From NCBI RefSeq assembly GCF_030028105.1, contig NC_092375.1, forward strand, positions 145,823,415 through 145,887,414: a stretch of DNA of 64,000 bases, written 5' to 3'. Positions 1 to 13,500 of this stretch are shown here, in pieces. A program made the translations under genes and the position numbers. Within the stretch, counting starts at the first letter, position 1. Each line of letters starts with the position of its first letter. The notes beneath the pieces were generated by a model that had not been told where the DNA came from, ran no database searches, and worked only from the letters and a program-made list of their open reading frames with translations. This stretch comes from Mobula birostris (lineage: Eukaryota).

Positions 1-459
1 TTGGCTGTAGGTCAAGGGTCTGACATTTAACACCTTTTTATTGGCTCTGTTCCAGGCTCACATCCATTTATTACCCTCTTCCCAGCAAGTGACAATCAAT
101 AATTTATTGCTCTTTGTTCTCTTCAGTATCCAGCTCCAGTCACTCCAGGCAGGCACCAACCCCAGCATTCACAAACCTGCATGTTACATTATATCAAGAC
201 ATCTCACAAATAACTTCTTATTTGAAAATTATCTCACATCCAGCAGATTCCTGAAACAACATTGTGTTTTCTTTAAAGCACAGAAAACAATGCAATTTTA
301 TCTCACAAAATGGAAGACGTAAAGCAGTTCCACAAAGTGGCGGTTTCCATCCCCAACTACATGGCAGGAACAAATGCAATTGATCTGTTTGCTTCTGTTG
401 TCCTTGACACATTCGAGTTTGATGTTTTCCTTCATATTTTAAATCCTCCATGGCTAACA
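1..459. mobile_element. Right part of a solo-LTR-like insertion (paralog of 29370-30120) interrupting a crystallin exon-3 relic
   Basis: 1-459 aligns with 29698-30120. It ends ...TGGCTAACA followed by GAGC, a degenerate copy of the GGGC TSD seen in the paralog. Confidence 0.7.
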
Positions 460-622
460 GAGCAGACTTTTGTGGACAGATGATGGAATTCATGGATGAC
501 TGTCTCCCTGTCTATGATTGTTTCTGTTACCATGACATCCACTCCTGTTAGGTGATGGATTTTACTGGATCTTCTATGAACATCCCAACTACAGAAGCCA
601 GCAGTACTTCCTGAGACCTAGG
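460..622 (+). pseudogene. Gamma-crystallin exon-3 relic (3' part)
   Basis: Translates as [31 protein letters not shown], then a frameshift, then [17 protein letters not shown]. Homologous to exon 3 at 25920-26195, with an in-frame TAG and a truncated 3' end. Confidence 0.9.
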
Positions 623-986
623 AAGACCATGATATACAATGTCTGGGTCTTTAGTTTGGCTCGCTCAGCTACTTGAGCAAATTCTAGGCAGCTACTGTAA
701 AGCATAATGTTGAATAGAGTAAGGTTTGGTGGACTCAGATAAAATAGCCTTTCGTAAGCTATTAATTCTGTGCTTTGAATTTTCTTGAACCCATACACAA
801 TCTTGTTTAAGTTTTATTACAGTGAGTTGACAACTTACATTTGCAGATAATATGGAATAAAACATTCCTAGAAACTAATGTTCAAAAGAAAACAGAGATA
901 GCCTTTAATCCACTACAGTTCTAAATCTATTTTCAATTATGTGTCAGTAGATAAGATGCACTCGAGTAGAAAGTCATTCCTGATCA

Positions 987-3046
987 TGTTGGTTTTTGCA
1001 AATAAAATGAAGTGAGGCGTTTCATGTTTAATGAAACCCGTAACATATTTTATTGAACCGCAAAACCGTGCTAAACATCCTTACATAACAGCGTCATCAC
1101 GTCAGACTAGCCTCTTAAAGCGAAACCCTAACTCAATGTCGGTTGTTGTGAATTATGTACATTCCTCCCAATTACATCACCCTACACAGGCCCCACCCCA
1201 GAATTCACTAAAATCGGCATTGTGAGCCTTTCTGGAGCTCGGATGAGCCGCCCGGTCCAGCTCCTGTATTCCATCGGTGGAGGAACTGCAGGTGCATCTG
1301 GCTTGTCTGCTGGAACGCTGACACACTCATGGTCATGATGTGACGTCAGGCGCTTGGCAGCGGAATACTCTAAATCTTGGTGGGCCGGTTTAAGGTGATC
1401 TGCTGAAATACAATCAGGTTTACCCCTCTTATCCATGACAAAAGTCTTTTCTACCTGTTCCAAAACATAGAATGAGCCTTCATAAGAGGGTCTAAGGGAT
1501 TGTTGGTGTGTGTCATGGTGGACAAAAACAAACGGGGTGGAACGTAGGTTACAGGAAACAAAAAGTGCTGTACGCCATGAGGGGAGGTCGGAATAGGCGT
1601 GAAGAAATTGAATTTACTGAAGAGGGTGCAATGCTATTGAGAGACCAACCAGGCTATTGTGGCATCAGGAATGAAATTACCTGGCACTTGTAACATTCGT
1701 CCATGATTCAAGTAAACTCACATGTAGTGGTGAATGCGCTTGGCAGAGTCATTGTGGGGAACTTACTGTAGGAGCAGGGTAATGACCTAAAGCCCTTGAC
1801 ATCCACAAGCCAGCAGTCTTAAGATTGACTAATGGTCCTTGGGCATACAGGAAATCTGCACCAAGCAGGGGTCGAGCCACGTTAGCCAGGACAAAGTCCC
1901 ATGTGTAATGTCATCAATCGCATCACCCGTCGTGTCCTGTGAGTCTGGATCCTGCTGCCGTTGGCGGCCTCCAGTGAGGTTTCGTCACCCTCTGCCTTCT
2001 CATCAACAGGTGATGTCGGCAGTGCACCAACTTGAATACCTGTATCACATAAGAAATGTCAACCCGAAATGGTGTCTGTAATGAACAGTCCATGCCCCTG
2101 GCAATTGGAGCCCATGGTGGTCACAGATCTCTGATATCCCGATGTGCTGGCACTGTCAAAGTTGCAAGGTGATTGGCAATTCCTCGCATTCGTTCCAAAG
2201 CGACTGTGGTAAAAACACAGACACGGAGCAGTCTATTTCCTGGTGTTGGTGGCCTTGCTGCCTGGGCTTATTGAGGTAGGGAGAGGAGGAGGAATAACGC
2301 ACCTCTGCCTAGTAGAGTGGAGGTTATCAGACATTTTAACAAGTTCTCTGTAATCCTTCATGGGTGCATTAGCAGGGGCCGTGCGAACTTGCTCAGGAAT
2401 TCGCTACATGAAGAGTTCTTTAAACATAATATAAAGATGGTGATTTCCCAGGAGAGACAGCATGTGGTCCATTCGCCCCAAAGGTCTAACAATGCTGAGA
2501 CTGGGTAGAGAGAGCAATTGTTTGGTTGGTGTGCTTAGACTCCGATAGTCCTAAAGTCTGTAAAAGTTGAGTTTTCAGCGATTGGTATTAATGGTGTACA
2601 GGCGGGTGCAGACTCACCCCTCTCACGGTCGTGGAATTGCTGAGCAACACCACCATATCATAGATTTTGGTGTCACTGGCAGGGCAGTAATTTCTTACAG
2701 AGTGAATTAGGCCTCTGCTTGTACAAACCAAGCGATGGCATTTTGCTCCAAACACTTCGGCATTTTCAACGCAAATTTTTGGCGAACATGTTCAATAACT
2801 CTGGAATTGTCCCAGAGCATTGGGGGTTACTAGCGCAGGTTTCCAGAAATAAAATGTAGTGAGGTGTTTTATATTTAATGAAACCTGTAACACTTTTTAT
2901 TGAACTCCAAAACCTGAACACAAAAGCACGCTAAAAATCCTTACTTAACAATATTATCACCTCAAACTAGACTCTTAAAGCAAAACCCTAACTCAATGTT
3001 GGAGTTTCTGAATTATGTACATTCCCCCCAATTACGTTACCCTACA
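987..3046 (-). mobile_element. Internally deleted Ty3/Gypsy LTR retrotransposon (copy A)
   Basis: Direct LTRs at 987-1186 and ~2834-3046 (TG...CA), 4-bp TSD ATCA (983-986, 3047-3050), PBS-like TAGTAACCCCCA next to the right LTR and a G-rich PPT at 1187-1200 on the - strand. Gag/protease and integrase C-terminal remnants remain; RT, RNase H and integrase core are missing. Confidence 0.85.
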
Positions 3047-4499
3047 ATCATACCCGTTATGTGCAATGACTGTGTTGTTACACTGTACTCCATTTCCAAA
3101 GCAGAGTTCTAATAAATTCCATAGATCTAAACTTTGAAAGTGAAGATCAGCACAGATTTACTGTTGTCTCCTGCACAGGTGTGGATGGACAATCTCCAGC
3201 TCACTCTATCATTGTTTTATAGTCAAAGACTAATATTCAAGGATTCAATGTCAGCACAGAAATCCTTCAACTGGTCCCATCCGCTTTACAGCACAAGGTG
3301 ATCCTAATCTTATTGTGAATTTTCAACAGAGGTTGCAAGTTGCACTCTAAAGACCTGATTTACGGGGATAAAACATGCCATGAGCAGCTGATGTCTTGAA
3401 ACGATCTGTCATGCTGAGGAGAAATGTGTACAGAATCGTCAGGGTTATTTTCCCAATGTGTACAATTTCACCTAGAAATGATCACTACAGTCATCCGGCC
3501 CAGGTACAGTTGCACATTTCTGGGCAAATTGTGCATGAGAAATGTCCAGTGATGTATTGAATTTCTGAGCTGAAGTACTAAACTATCCAACTCCTTAAAC
3601 TTGTTCTGAATCTGTAACAGAACTTATACTGCATTTCCCCTGAACCCCTTCAGCTTGTTTGAAAAGCAAACTTCCAACACTCTGGTGTCCAATTCACTGC
3701 AAACTAAACGATAGACTAACCGCTTGAGTTCTCATTCTGCTTTAAGAGCTGAGGGAAAAGAGCTGTAAGCTGAGTCGTGACCGAATACCTTGGATCCACA
3801 AATGCAATGGTTCACTCTGTGGTTGCGCATCTCCTGTGAAGAGCTGGAAACAGAGCAGCAACTTGCTGACAGTAAAAATCATGTGGGAATGAAAGAGGAT
3901 TTTGTTCCACACAGAAAGCTGTGATAATCCAGAATACACTGTTTGAAACTGAGGCTTGAAATGGATTACTGGTTAGTTTCAAAAGAGAATCATATAGCTA
4001 CATGAAAAAGAAATAACACTGCATTCTTGGGGCAAAACATGACTGAAGGTTTCAGTGATATGGAGATGAAATAGGAGTAGAGGTTGGCTAAGTCGACTGG
4101 CAGCTGTGTGATAGTAAGCCTCCCATCACAGCATAAAAAATACATTCATATTTTCATTCACCAATGTCCAAGAATAAACAAATCTATAAAGTGTTGCCTA
4201 AGAGTTGACAATACTTTGTTCTCTTTTGTTGTTTGGCTGGAATTCTCTGCTCTCCTAATGACAATATTGTGGAACATTTCCAAAGCTTTCCCCTGCTTTA
4301 CAAATCAGCGCATTGAAGCATGTGCTCAGCGCTATGACTGAAAAAATGTTATATTTTACTTATTTATATTGTTAGGGTGTACGTTTTGTCCACAGAGGGT
4401 AGCACCTCTAGTGAAGAGGCTTGTTGTATCCATTCTGAAGCAGTTCTCTCACCTTTGGTCTCCATTCAGCACTCAGCACTCACCTGTGGCACCAGGTAA

Positions 4500-5160
4500 G
4501 TTGTCTGTATGTTCTATACACCTCAGTACACCGCTTCACCAGGCAGACTAAACCAGGTGAGGGTAGCTGGCGGGCCTCATACCCAGTAAGGTTCAGTCAT
4601 GCCTGTTCTAGCACGTAAACTCAGCTCCGGCAGACTAGACATATGAAATTAACAGTGTGATCCAATGGCCAGGAAGCCGATTCTGCAACTCCTTGTGGAG
4701 AACAAAGAGCATGACGAGGCACAGGAAGAATCACATTCCCGTGGCACATCATCATATTCTCCACTTGGCTGGATGAGAGGAGCTCCAACAACTCTCAATA
4801 AGTTTAACACTATCAAAATATTCTTCTTGGTTGGCAGATTACCAATTATCTGAAATGTTCATTCAGAGCATTGATACATAGTGGCTGCAGCGTGTATCAT
4901 CTACAAAAATACACTGCAGATACGTGCCCTGGCTGCTCTGATAATATTTCCCAAAGGACCATCCTCTCCACATCACATAGCTCACTGATTTGGAAACGTA
5001 TCTCTTGTACTTCATCGCCACTGGGTTTAAATCCCGAAACTCCCTGCTAACAGCTTTGTTGGAGAAAGTCACTAGATTGCAGGGACTTAGAAAACTGTTC
5101 ACCTCCATTTTCTCTAGGGTAGTTAGGGATAGGTATTGATTGCTGGCCTTGCCAATAACA
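4500..5160 (+). mobile_element. Old degenerate LINE fragments (RTE-like 5' region, then CR1/L2-like 3' piece); paralog at ~39150-39840
   Basis: Resemblance to remembered fish LINE sequences only; no intact ORF. Confidence 0.35.
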
Positions 5161-5199
5161 CCAGATCATGAGAAATGAATACATTTTTAAAAAGTTTTT

Positions 5200-5397
5200 G
5201 AGTCATCAAAGGATACAGTGAAATGCATTATTTGCGAGAACAATCAACACAGTCCGAGGATGTTCTGTGGTCTGTCTGCAAGTATTGTCAAGTTTGCAGT
5301 TCCAGCATAGCATGCCCACAGCTTTCTTATCTGTAAGCCTTGGAATGTGGGAGGAAACCAGAGAATCAGGAGGAAACCACGGTAATGAGGTGAATAT
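5200..5397 (-). mobile_element. V-SINE/HE1-like SINE, left half (continues at 22078-22175)
   Basis: TGTGGGAGGAAACCAGAG...GGAAACCACGGT is the reverse complement of a V-SINE core. The uninterrupted copy lies at ~39880-40150. Confidence 0.55.
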
Positions 5398-8300
5398 CAT
5401 TGCCATCAGGTGCCGTGCCCAGTTTGAGCTTTGACTGAAATGGCCCACACGCTCCTGTTTCTGTCAAGTGAATCAATTCATTGGTATTCATTTCCAGTTC
5501 TCTGGCTGCTGTCTCCATCATCATTTGTCTTTGTCTTTCTCTTGCTTTCTTCCCTTCAATCTTTCCCATAATTGCCGTGCATTCTACCTCTTCTTTCCTA
5601 ATCACATGTCCAATGAAGTTACATTGCCTTTTCATGATCTCATACATTATTTCTCTTTTTGTGCTTGCTCTGTTCATGACATCCTCGCTAGATACTCGTT
5701 TCATCCATGATATTCTTTGTATCCTCCTCAAAAACCACATCTCTGCTGCCTCAATTCGTTTCCTCACGTTACTAGATATTGTCTAACATCCTGAGCCATA
5801 TAACATAACTGGATAAATGTAACATTTCAGTACTCTGAGGCGGGTTGTCACGCCTAGTTTAGTGTTGGTCAGTATACTCTTCATTCTCGTAAAGGTGTCT
5901 TTTGCCATCCCTATTCTTCTTTTGATGTCCATGTCGCACCTGCCATCTGATGTCACCCAGCTTCCTAAGTAGCAAAAATTCTGTACTTGTTTTATGTCGG
6001 GATTCTCCTTCTTTTTGGATATCACCAAACATTCTGTCTTTTTTCAATTGATAGATAGTCCTATTTTTGCACTTTCTTCAACAACTATATCAATTAAGTT
6101 TTGTAGTTCTTCCTCTGTAGTTGGAATTAACACAGTTTCATCCGCATATCTGAAATTATTGATGTTTTCACCACCAACTTTGATTCCGAAGATGTCTCTT
6201 ATTTTTTGTAATAATATTTCACTGTACACATTAAATAAATCAGGGGAGAAAACACACCCTTGTCTAATGCCTCTCTTGATTTTCATAAAGTGACTCACTT
6301 CTCCATCTTCTCTTACAGCGGCAGTTTGTTCCCAGTACAGATTTCTGATGAGGCGGAGGTCTTTACTCTACTTTACTTTACTTTACTTTATTGTCACCAA
6401 ACAATTGATACCAGAGCGTACAATCATCATAGCAATATTTGATTCTGCGCTTCGCATTCGCTGGAATACAAATCGATAGTAAATAGTAAAAATTTAAATT
6501 ATATATCACAAATAGAAAATAGAAAAGGGAAAGTAAGGTAGTGCAAAACAAACCAGTAGAGGCAGGTCCGGATATTTGGAGGGTACGACCCAGATTCAGG
6601 TCAGGATCTGTTCAGCAGTCTTACCACAGTTGGAAAGAAGCTGTTCCCAAATCTGGCCAAATGAGTCTTCAAGCTCCTGAGCCTTCTCCTGGAGGGAAGA
6701 TGGATGAAAAGTGTGTTGGCTAAGTGGGTCTTGTCCTTGATTATCCTGGCAGCACTGCTCCGACAGTGTGCAGTGTAAAGTGAGTCCAAGGACAGAAGAT
6801 TGGTTTGTGTGATGTGCTGGGCTGTGTTCTCGATCTTCTGCAGCTTCTCCCAGTCTTGGACAGGACAACTTCCATACCAGGTTGTGATGCACCCTAGAAG
6901 AATGCTTTCTACGGTGCATCTATAAAAATTAGTGAGGGTTTTAGGGGACAGGCCAAATTTCTTTAGCTTTCTCAGGAAATAAAGGCGCTGGTGGGCCTTC
7001 TTGGCAGTGGACTCTGCTTGGTTGGACCAAGTCAGGTCATTTGTGATATTGACCCCAAGGAACTTAAAGCTTTTGACCTGTTCCACTTGCGCACCACCGA
7101 TGTAAATGGGGTCGTGCAGTCCGCCAATCCTTCCGAAGTCAACAACCAATTCCTTCATCTTGCTGACGTTGAGGGATAGGTTATTGTCCTCGCACTATGC
7201 CACCAGGTTCTTACTTTCCTCTCTGTCCTCAAACTCATCATTACCCAAGATATGGCCTAGAACAGTGGTGTCATCAGCAAACTTATATATCGAGTTTGAT
7301 GGAAACTTGGCTACACAATCATGGGTGTACAGTGAGTACAGCGGGGGGCTGAGTACACAGCCTTGTGGGGCACCGGTGCTCAGAGTGATTGTAGAGGAGA
7401 GCTTGCCTATTTTTACAGCCTGGGTCCTGTCTGTGAGGAAGTTGAAGATCCAACTGCAGATCTGAGTGCTAAGGCCCAGGTTCCGGAGCTTAGTAATCAG
7501 TTTATTTGGAATGATGGTATTAAAGGCAGAGCTGTAGTCAATGAAAAGGAGCCTTACATATGCGCCTTTATTCTCCAGGTGTTCTAAGGAGGAACGTAGG
7601 GCCAGAGAGATGGCATCTACTGTTGACCTGTTGCTCCGGTAGGCGAATTGCAAAGCGTTGAGGATGACTGGTAGGCTGTGGTTGATGTGCGCCATAACCA
7701 ATCTCTCGAAGCACTTCACAGCAATTCATGCACCTGGATAGCTTTCGAATCTAGATCTAGAGTTTCCTGTAATATTTTAAGTAACTTATTGTGCTTCACT
7801 TTATCAAATGCTTTCGTGTAGTTGATAAAATAAACAAACAAATCTTTTTGCACTTGAATAGCTCATTCTGATAGTATCCTTAACATCAATCTTGCGTTTC
7901 TTGAACCTTTCTCTTTCAGAAAACCACATTGTTCTTTACCTATTTCAGCTTGTATCTTACTTTTAGCTCTTGCCATCAAAATTCTTAGAAGTATCTTGGT
8001 GATATGACTCATTAAACTTATGGTCCTATGTAATTCACATTCTATTGCTCCAGGTTTCTTAGGAAGAGTGATAAATACTGATTTTTCATCTCTTCTGGTA
8101 TTATTCCAGTCTCATAAATGTCATTGATTATATCTTCCGTAATCTTAAAGGGCGATAATTTGTTCTATTACTAATTCATCAGGACCTGCTGCCTTTCGTT
8201 TCTTCATCTTATTTATTGCATTACAAACTTCAGATTTTAAAATACTTGGACCTTCAATGTTTTTCTTAATTTCTGGTTTTTCGCCTCGATTATCTTCAAA

Positions 8301-9530
8301 CAATTTTTGAATATACTCAGTCCATCTGTTCATAATCTCATCTTTTTCCATGATAATGGTATCGTCCTTTGCTTTCAAACGTCCACCTGAAGAACAGAGG
8401 AGATTTTTATCAGTGATGTTCTTGATTTGTTGATGTAATCTTTTTGGATCAGTAATAGGGATTCTTTCTACTTGCTCACATTCCTGGCTTAACCATTCTT
8501 CTTTGGCTTTTTGACATAAGGTTTTAACTTTTTTATCTAAGGACTTATATTCTATAGGATTTGCTTTCTTCTGTCTCCTTTCTTCCATTAGACTTTTGAT
8601 TTCATCTGTCATCCATTTATTCTTTGTGCTTTTTTTCTTTTTTAGGAATCACTGACTTTGCTGATTCTACCAATGCATCCTTTGTGGAGTTAAACTTCAT
8701 TTCTACATGATTGCTATCAGCTTCAACAGATTCTATTTCTAAACTTTGAAATCTATTCCTTACTTCAATTGTAATTTTTTTGTCTTAAGTTTTCTTCTTT
8801 AGTTAATTGTAAGTAGTCAAGGGATTGTTCAGGTTTTTGCTTCTTTAGTTTTTTAAGTTTTTCTTTTACATGACATACTACTGGGTTATGGTCACTATTA
8901 CAGTCTGCACCTGGTTATGTTTTGCATTGAGTCACTGAGTTTCTAAATCTTTGGTTTATAGTAATAAAGTCTATTTGATTTCTAGTTTTATCACCTGGAC
9001 TTTTCCAGATCCATAAGTGTCTTGGATGGTTTTTAAAGTAGGTATTCATAAAGACCTCATTATTCTTCTTGCACCATTCTACCCTTTCTCACCTCTTTCA
9101 TTTCTTTCCCCTAGTCCAAATTTTCCTATGGTATTTCCATCAGCACCTTGTCCTACTTTAGCATTTAGATCTCCCATGACAATAACAATATCTTGAGATT
9201 TGTGTCCATTCTTTGCTTGTTCAAGCTCTTCATAGAATTTATCTATATCCTCATTTGTTCCATCTGTTGTTGGTGCATATACCTGTGTAATTGTTAAATC
9301 AAATGGTTCTCCTCTGAATCTAACAAGGAGCACTCTTTCTGATATTGTCCAATGTCCTAAAACACTTTTTGCCATGTTTTCATCTATAAGAATTTCTACT
9401 CCATTTGTATGGGATGTTCCACAAGAATAAATTAGTGTTTTATTTCTATTCTGACACATTCCAGTACCTATTCAATGAATTTCACTGATTTCCATATGTT
9501 AATCTTTAGTCTTTCCATTTCATTTATCAC
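5398..9530 (-). mobile_element. RTE-clade LINE body (APE endonuclease + RT), degenerate
   Basis: ORF fragments QVYAPT...VMGDLNAKVG (APE), GIRQGCVFSPDLFN...FRYADETVL (RT), YLGSWVTSDGRC and IEAAEMWFLRR. 3' end near 5398. Confidence 0.9.
6362..7741 (-). mobile_element. 5'-truncated Rex1/Babar-type LINE nested in the RTE
   Basis: MKCFERLV...[15 protein letters not shown]...[10 protein letters not shown]...YKFADDTT and KELVVDF...FKFLG...KKAHQRLYFLRKLKKF. 3' tail (GTAAA)n at 6362-6390. RTE sequence resumes at ~7742. Confidence 0.85.
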
Positions 9531-9650
9531 TTAGTCCTGAGTATGACTCTAAACTGCAACCGGTGAGGAGGACTTTCAGAGCTTTGGAGAAAGTGGAGTT
9601 ACCCCTCAGTCACTCATTGCTCCCAGGGCCGCTCTGACCCGGAACGGTAG
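9531..9650 (+). mobile_element. Inverted 5' segment of the RTE LINE, part 1 (continues at 15838-16199 and 21964-22079)
   Basis: Contiguous across the Gypsy TSD GGTAG and the L1 TSD, leading to the + strand APE N-terminus at ~22010-22079. Confidence 0.7.
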
Positions 9651-10515
9651 TGTTACATACCTCAAGGAGAGCTGTGATTTTTTTTTTGTGAGAATGATGT
9701 AATGGTCTTTTGGAGGTCACCTGATGTAATTTTCCCGCCGATGTGAGGTCACGTGATGACATGTGCACCACGGGTATATAAGGAAAGACCCCAGATGATG
9801 CAGTTAGTTTTTAGCTTTTAGATTTCCAGCTAGAACGTACTGTGTCTCTGTTTCTGTTGTGTATTTTTTTTAATGATGCGCTTCATTTTTAAAACGCAGT
9901 GTATGTTCTGTTGCAAGGTACAATAGTGCTGGTCTGGAAATTTTTGCTAGATGTGTTGATATACCTTCTTCCAGTAGTAGTACGGGAGAGTGAAGACTTT
10001 ATCGAAGTACAGGACACGAAGGATTGAGAGGAGTTGGTATCGTTCAGCAGTTTAACAAAGGATCGACCTCATTGAGTCTTTGTTGAAGGAATAGTGACTC
10101 TTGCCAAAAGGGCGAAGAGTTCATGCAAGGTTTGCTCTCTAGAATTTAAGGTCAGTTGTTTTAAACTGTTTATTTCCTGCATCGTGAATCCTTTGGACAG
10201 AACCAGCAGGAAAGTCACGTCTATGAAGAAATCCTTCTCCAGAGAAGTCTCTCCCAATTGAATATATAAATCTGTTGGACTTTTGAATTTACCATTTTAA
10301 GAACCATATCTGACTTTACCGCTTTAAGAACTGTTTTCGCATTTAATGCTTTAAGAACCAGTGCCGAGTGACGATTTGTTGAACAGCTGCATAGCGGTTA
10401 ACTTCCGGTTAAGGTTTTTGTTTTTTTTTTAATCGTTTATCCGTGTTTAATAAATGTTTGGTTATTTTTATATAACCTGTCTCGATTGATATCCATTGTT
10501 GCCGGTTATGTAACA
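9651..10515 (+). repeat. 5' LTR of the Gmr1-type element
   Basis: Direct repeat of 14942-15832; contains TATATAA (~9775) and AATAAA (~10449). Confidence 0.95.
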
Positions 10516-13500
10516 TAATCTGTGGGGGCTCGTGGGATATGTTCCAATTTTGAGTTTAAGTGCTGTTAAATGCCATTCTGATTTGGAAAAGGGAAATACC
10601 TGATTTTTTTTAGTTTGATTGGTGTGTGAGAGGTATTCGGCAACAATGAATATTGACGGGTTTATGGACACACCTGACTCGGGGTCTTTAGTGAATGCGA
10701 GAAAACCTGAGATATTGGAGATTGCTAGGAAGTTGGATATTAAAGGAATTACGAAGAATTCCACCAAGGCTTTCATACAAAGAAAAATCGTTGAGCATTA
10801 TATTACTTTGAAAATGTTCGATGATGAGGTGTTAGATAGGTTTCCAATGAGTAATCTGGAAATGCAGTTACATCTTGAACAAATAAAGTCAAAGCAATTA
10901 GAAGCTGATTTGGAAAGAAGTCGAGTAGAAGCTGTAAATAAACAGAAGGGATTCGAGGCTAGGGAGGCTATTACAATAAGGGAAATTGAAGAAAGAGAGG
11001 CTAATAAAAAAAGGGAATTTGAAGAAAGAGAAGTTGAAAATCAGAGGAAATTTGAGCTAGAGATGGAGAAACTAAAGTCCAGGAATCAGTCTTCTGGTTC
11101 TATGAAACAGTTTATTGCTGGTTGTGAGGGTATTTTGGCTCCTCCATTTAATGAAGCTGAAGTGAACAAATATTTCCAGCATTTCGAAACTATTGCTCTG
11201 TTTAAAGTCGCCGAAAGAGCAATGGCCTGTGACGTTACAAAGTGTAATTGAATGAAAGGCACAACAAGTTTATACAGCTTTAAATGCTGAGCAAGCACTG
11301 GATTATGATATTGTTAAACAGCATATTTTAAAGGCATATGAGTTGGTTCCGGAAGTACATAGAGAAAGATTCAGAAATTTGAAGAAATCGGTGGAAAAAA
11401 CTTATGTGGAATTTGCCTATGAGAAATCTGCGTGTTTTGAGAGATGGGTTTCCTCTAAAAATGTGAATGGGGATTATAATAAATTAAAAGAGTTGATTTT
11501 GCAGGAGGAATTTAAAAGAAGCATTCCTGTTGAAGTGAGAACATACTTAAATGAACGGAACACTGCTACATTGCAGGAGATTGCTAAATTAGCTGATGAG
11601 CATGTTTTAATCCACAAGAATAAATTTTCTCCAGGTAAGATTTTTAAAAGAAAAAATAGCACAGAGAGTCAAGGTAAACCAGAAATTAAATCTGAAGTTA
11701 GTGGGAAAGGTAAGGATGAAGGGAGATATGTGAGGAAAGACATTTTGGTATTATTTGTAATTAGTGTAAGAAACCTGGACAGGTAGTAGCTAACTGATTT
11801 CCACTGAAAAAGAAAGAGAAAGAAGTAGTCCCAGATGCTTGTGTGCAGCATATTGAAAAACCTGTAGAGCCACAGGGTTCAGAAAATATTAATGAAGGTG
11901 TGTCAGAGTCTGACCAAGTTAAGAGGGGATTTGAAAATTTTATAACAGAATGATTTGTATCCTTGAAAGAAGGATCCAATTCAGTACCAATAAGAATACT
12001 TAGGGATACCGGAGCTTCTCAATCACTAATATTAGACAATGTGCTAAAGTTTAGTGATGAGTCTGACATTAGTGAGGTAAATTATATAAGAGGAGTTGGG
12101 AGTGCCCTTATGCCAGTACATTTACATAGAGTAAATTTAAGGTCAGGGTTAGTTACAGGGGTTGTTAAAGTAGGACTGCAACCCAGTTTACCTGTGAATG
12201 ATGTTTCTCTTTTGTTAGGGAATGATTTAGCAGGTGGACAAGTTTTTCCTGAAGTGCATTTGACAATAAATTCAAATCTGAGGAACCACAAAGGGATTCT
12301 AACACAGATTCTTCCTGAGTTGTAACAAGAGCTATGGCTAAAAAGACTGATGTAAAGGATGAGGTTGTTACCCATGACAGTTCAAATCAAGATTCAAATT
12401 TTGAGGATGTATCAGAAACTTTCTTACCTACATTATTTGATCAGGATTTTGGTGGTAAGTCTGACCAGGAAGATTTGTCTTTATCTCGGAAGGAGATGAT
12501 AGCAGAGCAGGGTAGAGATCCTAAGATAATTAAATTAAAAGAACAAGCTCTTCCAGATAGTGAAATTGAAAAAGTACCAGTAGGATATTACTTTGAAAAG
12601 GGGGTATTAATGAGAAAGTGGAGATTGCCTACAATTCCTGCTAGTGAAGAATGGAAAGATAATCATCAGGTAGTAGTTCCTAAAATTTATCGAAATGAGA
12701 TTTTAACTATGGCTCATAGTATTCCTTTGGGTGGTCATTTAGGTGTAAAGAAAACTATGAACAAAGTTTCTAAACATTTTTATTGGCCTAGATTAAGACA
12801 AGATGTGGCGACATTTTGTAGAACGTGTTATACGTGTCAAATTGTGGGTAAACCTAATCAGATTACTCCAGTGGTCCCACTGTAACCAATTCCAGTATTT
12901 GGTGAGCCGTTCTCAAAAATCATTGTAGACTGTGTAAGTCCTTTGCCAAAGACTAAAACTGGACATCGATATTTATTAACTATTATATGCACAGTGTCTA
13001 GGTTTCCAGAGGCAGTACCCCTTAGGAATATAACAGCCAAAACTGTGACAAAGGCTCTTATAAAATTCTTTTCTTATTTTGGGTTGCCTAAGGAAATACA
13101 ATCGGATCAAGGTAGTAATTTTATGTCTGGATTGTTTCAGCAGATAGTTTATAAACTGGGAACAAAACAGATTATTTCCTCAGCTTATCATCCAGAATCA
13201 CAAGGAGCCTTGGAGAGATTTCATTCTACATTAAAAACTATGATTAGGACATATTGTATGGAGAGTGAAAAGGACTGGGATGAAGGTATACATTTACTAC
13301 TTTTTGCAGTAAGGGAGGCAGTACAGGAATCATTAGGTTTTAGTCCTTTTGAACTTGTGTTTGGGCATAGAGTTCGAGGACCTTTGGCCTTGTTGAAGGA
13401 ACAATGGATTAATAAAGAGGTACACACTAATTTGCTAGATTAGGTTTTAAAATTTAAAGAAAGATTGTATAAAGCTTGCAGCTTGACCAAGGAAAATTTA

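Noticed and set aside
4084-4853. Short ORFs repeated at 38735-39505 (also 41-322/29738, 1839/33131, 23924/41263)
   Set aside because: Their recurrence is explained by the segmental duplication. They lack recognisable domains and have inconsistent stops, and several are antisense to TE genes.
10523-10538. tRNA-Pro-like sequence as a tRNA gene
   Set aside because: It is only the primer-binding site of the LTR element, with no cloverleaf.
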